From Candidatus Iainarchaeum sp. (lineage in GTDB: Archaea > Iainarchaeota > Iainarchaeia > Iainarchaeales > JAZDDZ01), in contig JAZDDZ010000041.1 of NCBI GenBank assembly GCA_043809245.1, positions 1 to 14,701 on the forward strand: a stretch of 14,701 nt of DNA, given 5' to 3'. The position numbers were made by a program, and so were the translations under genes. Each line of letters begins with the position of its first letter. Positions within the stretch are counted from its first letter, which is position 1. This document shows, in pieces, positions 14,330 through 14,701 of the stretch. The notes beneath the pieces are model-generated. The model worked only from the letters and a program-made list of their open reading frames with translations, ran no database searches and was not told the origin of the DNA.

Positions 14330-14701
14330 TTAATATTTTGTAAAGTACGGCAGAATGAAGGAAATCCAGAAGCCAGCGATGAAGAACATTCCAGCGAAAA
14401 ACAGAGGCTCCCCGGGAAAGCCGAACGCGTAAGGCGCCAAAAGCAGGAAAATAACCGCAAAGCCAATGGCTTCTTTCGCAATCAGCTCTTTTCCTTTCAG
14501 TTTTTTTGAATCAAAGCCTAATCCCTTGAAGAGGAAGAAGCCGGAATAAAAGCCGAATAAAAGCACCGAAAGAATCGGCGGCTCAAAGAAGGCGAATGCC
14601 ATGAGTGCAGCAAGCAAAATGAGGATTGAAAGCATTTCATCCCTTGCGCTTGTGAGGTAAACCTTTATGTTCTCGTACCTTTTCTTCAGCAAAAAGTTTC
14701 C
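14330..14701 (-). CDS. Membrane protein, C-terminal part (5' end outside the window)
   Basis: The frame is open to the window edge and encodes about 4 hydrophobic helices. The GFW-x-x-x-x-x-PYF tail loosely recalls PAP2-family C-termini (weak). Confidence 0.65.
   Translation of the reverse strand, partial: GNFLLKKRYENIKVYLTSARDEMLSILILLAALMAFAFFEPPILSVLLFGFYSGFFLFKGLGFDSKKLKGKELIAKEAIGFAVIFLLLAPYAFGFPGEPLFFAGMFFIAGFWISFILPYFTKY

Noticed and set aside
13835-14509. 224-aa plus-strand ORF and the 61-aa minus-strand ORF at 14068-14253
   Set aside because: They overlap the antitoxin, the tRNA and the membrane gene and show no recognisable motifs. The intron is too short to encode a homing endonuclease.
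1-14701. CRISPR array, cas genes, integrase or rRNA
   Set aside because: No regularly spaced repeat-spacer units or matching protein or RNA motifs were seen by eye.

Overview
Archaeal chromosomal window. Evidence: BRE/TATA promoters, many leaderless genes, GGAGGTGA ribosome-binding sites, a bulge-helix-bulge (BHB) intron tRNA, aSelBL, a class III signal peptide and LxGC lipobox proteins. The protein style suggests a DPANN lineage such as Diapherotrites/Iainarchaeota (inference only). From left to right: the 3' end and right inverted repeat of an ISL3-family IS; a CPA2/Kef antiporter; a DUF4389 protein; a tandem-DUF4382 lipoprotein; an ICMT/Ste14-like methyltransferase; a membrane protein; a DEAD-box helicase with a long structured leader; a GIY-YIG nuclease; SelB-like aSelBL; an EamA transporter; a tight four-gene operon (msrB, msrA, Mo-cofactor sulfite-oxidase-family lipoprotein, 82-aa His-rich membrane protein); a small secreted protein divergent from an ArsR-like regulator and a 3-TM partner; a pilin-signal PKD/lectin adhesin; a Cys-rich lipoprotein; a RelE-type toxin/DUF2683 antitoxin pair bracketed by a partial copy of a tRNA 3' end; tRNA-Tyr(GUA) with a 118-nt structured intron; and a partial membrane protein. 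The strongest leads are the possible archaeal MsrPQ-like repair operon, the structured tRNA intron, the 700-bp tRNA-anchored toxin-antitoxin islet, and a promoter/operator motif repeated inside the regulator's own coding sequence. All family calls come from motif recognition, not database searches.
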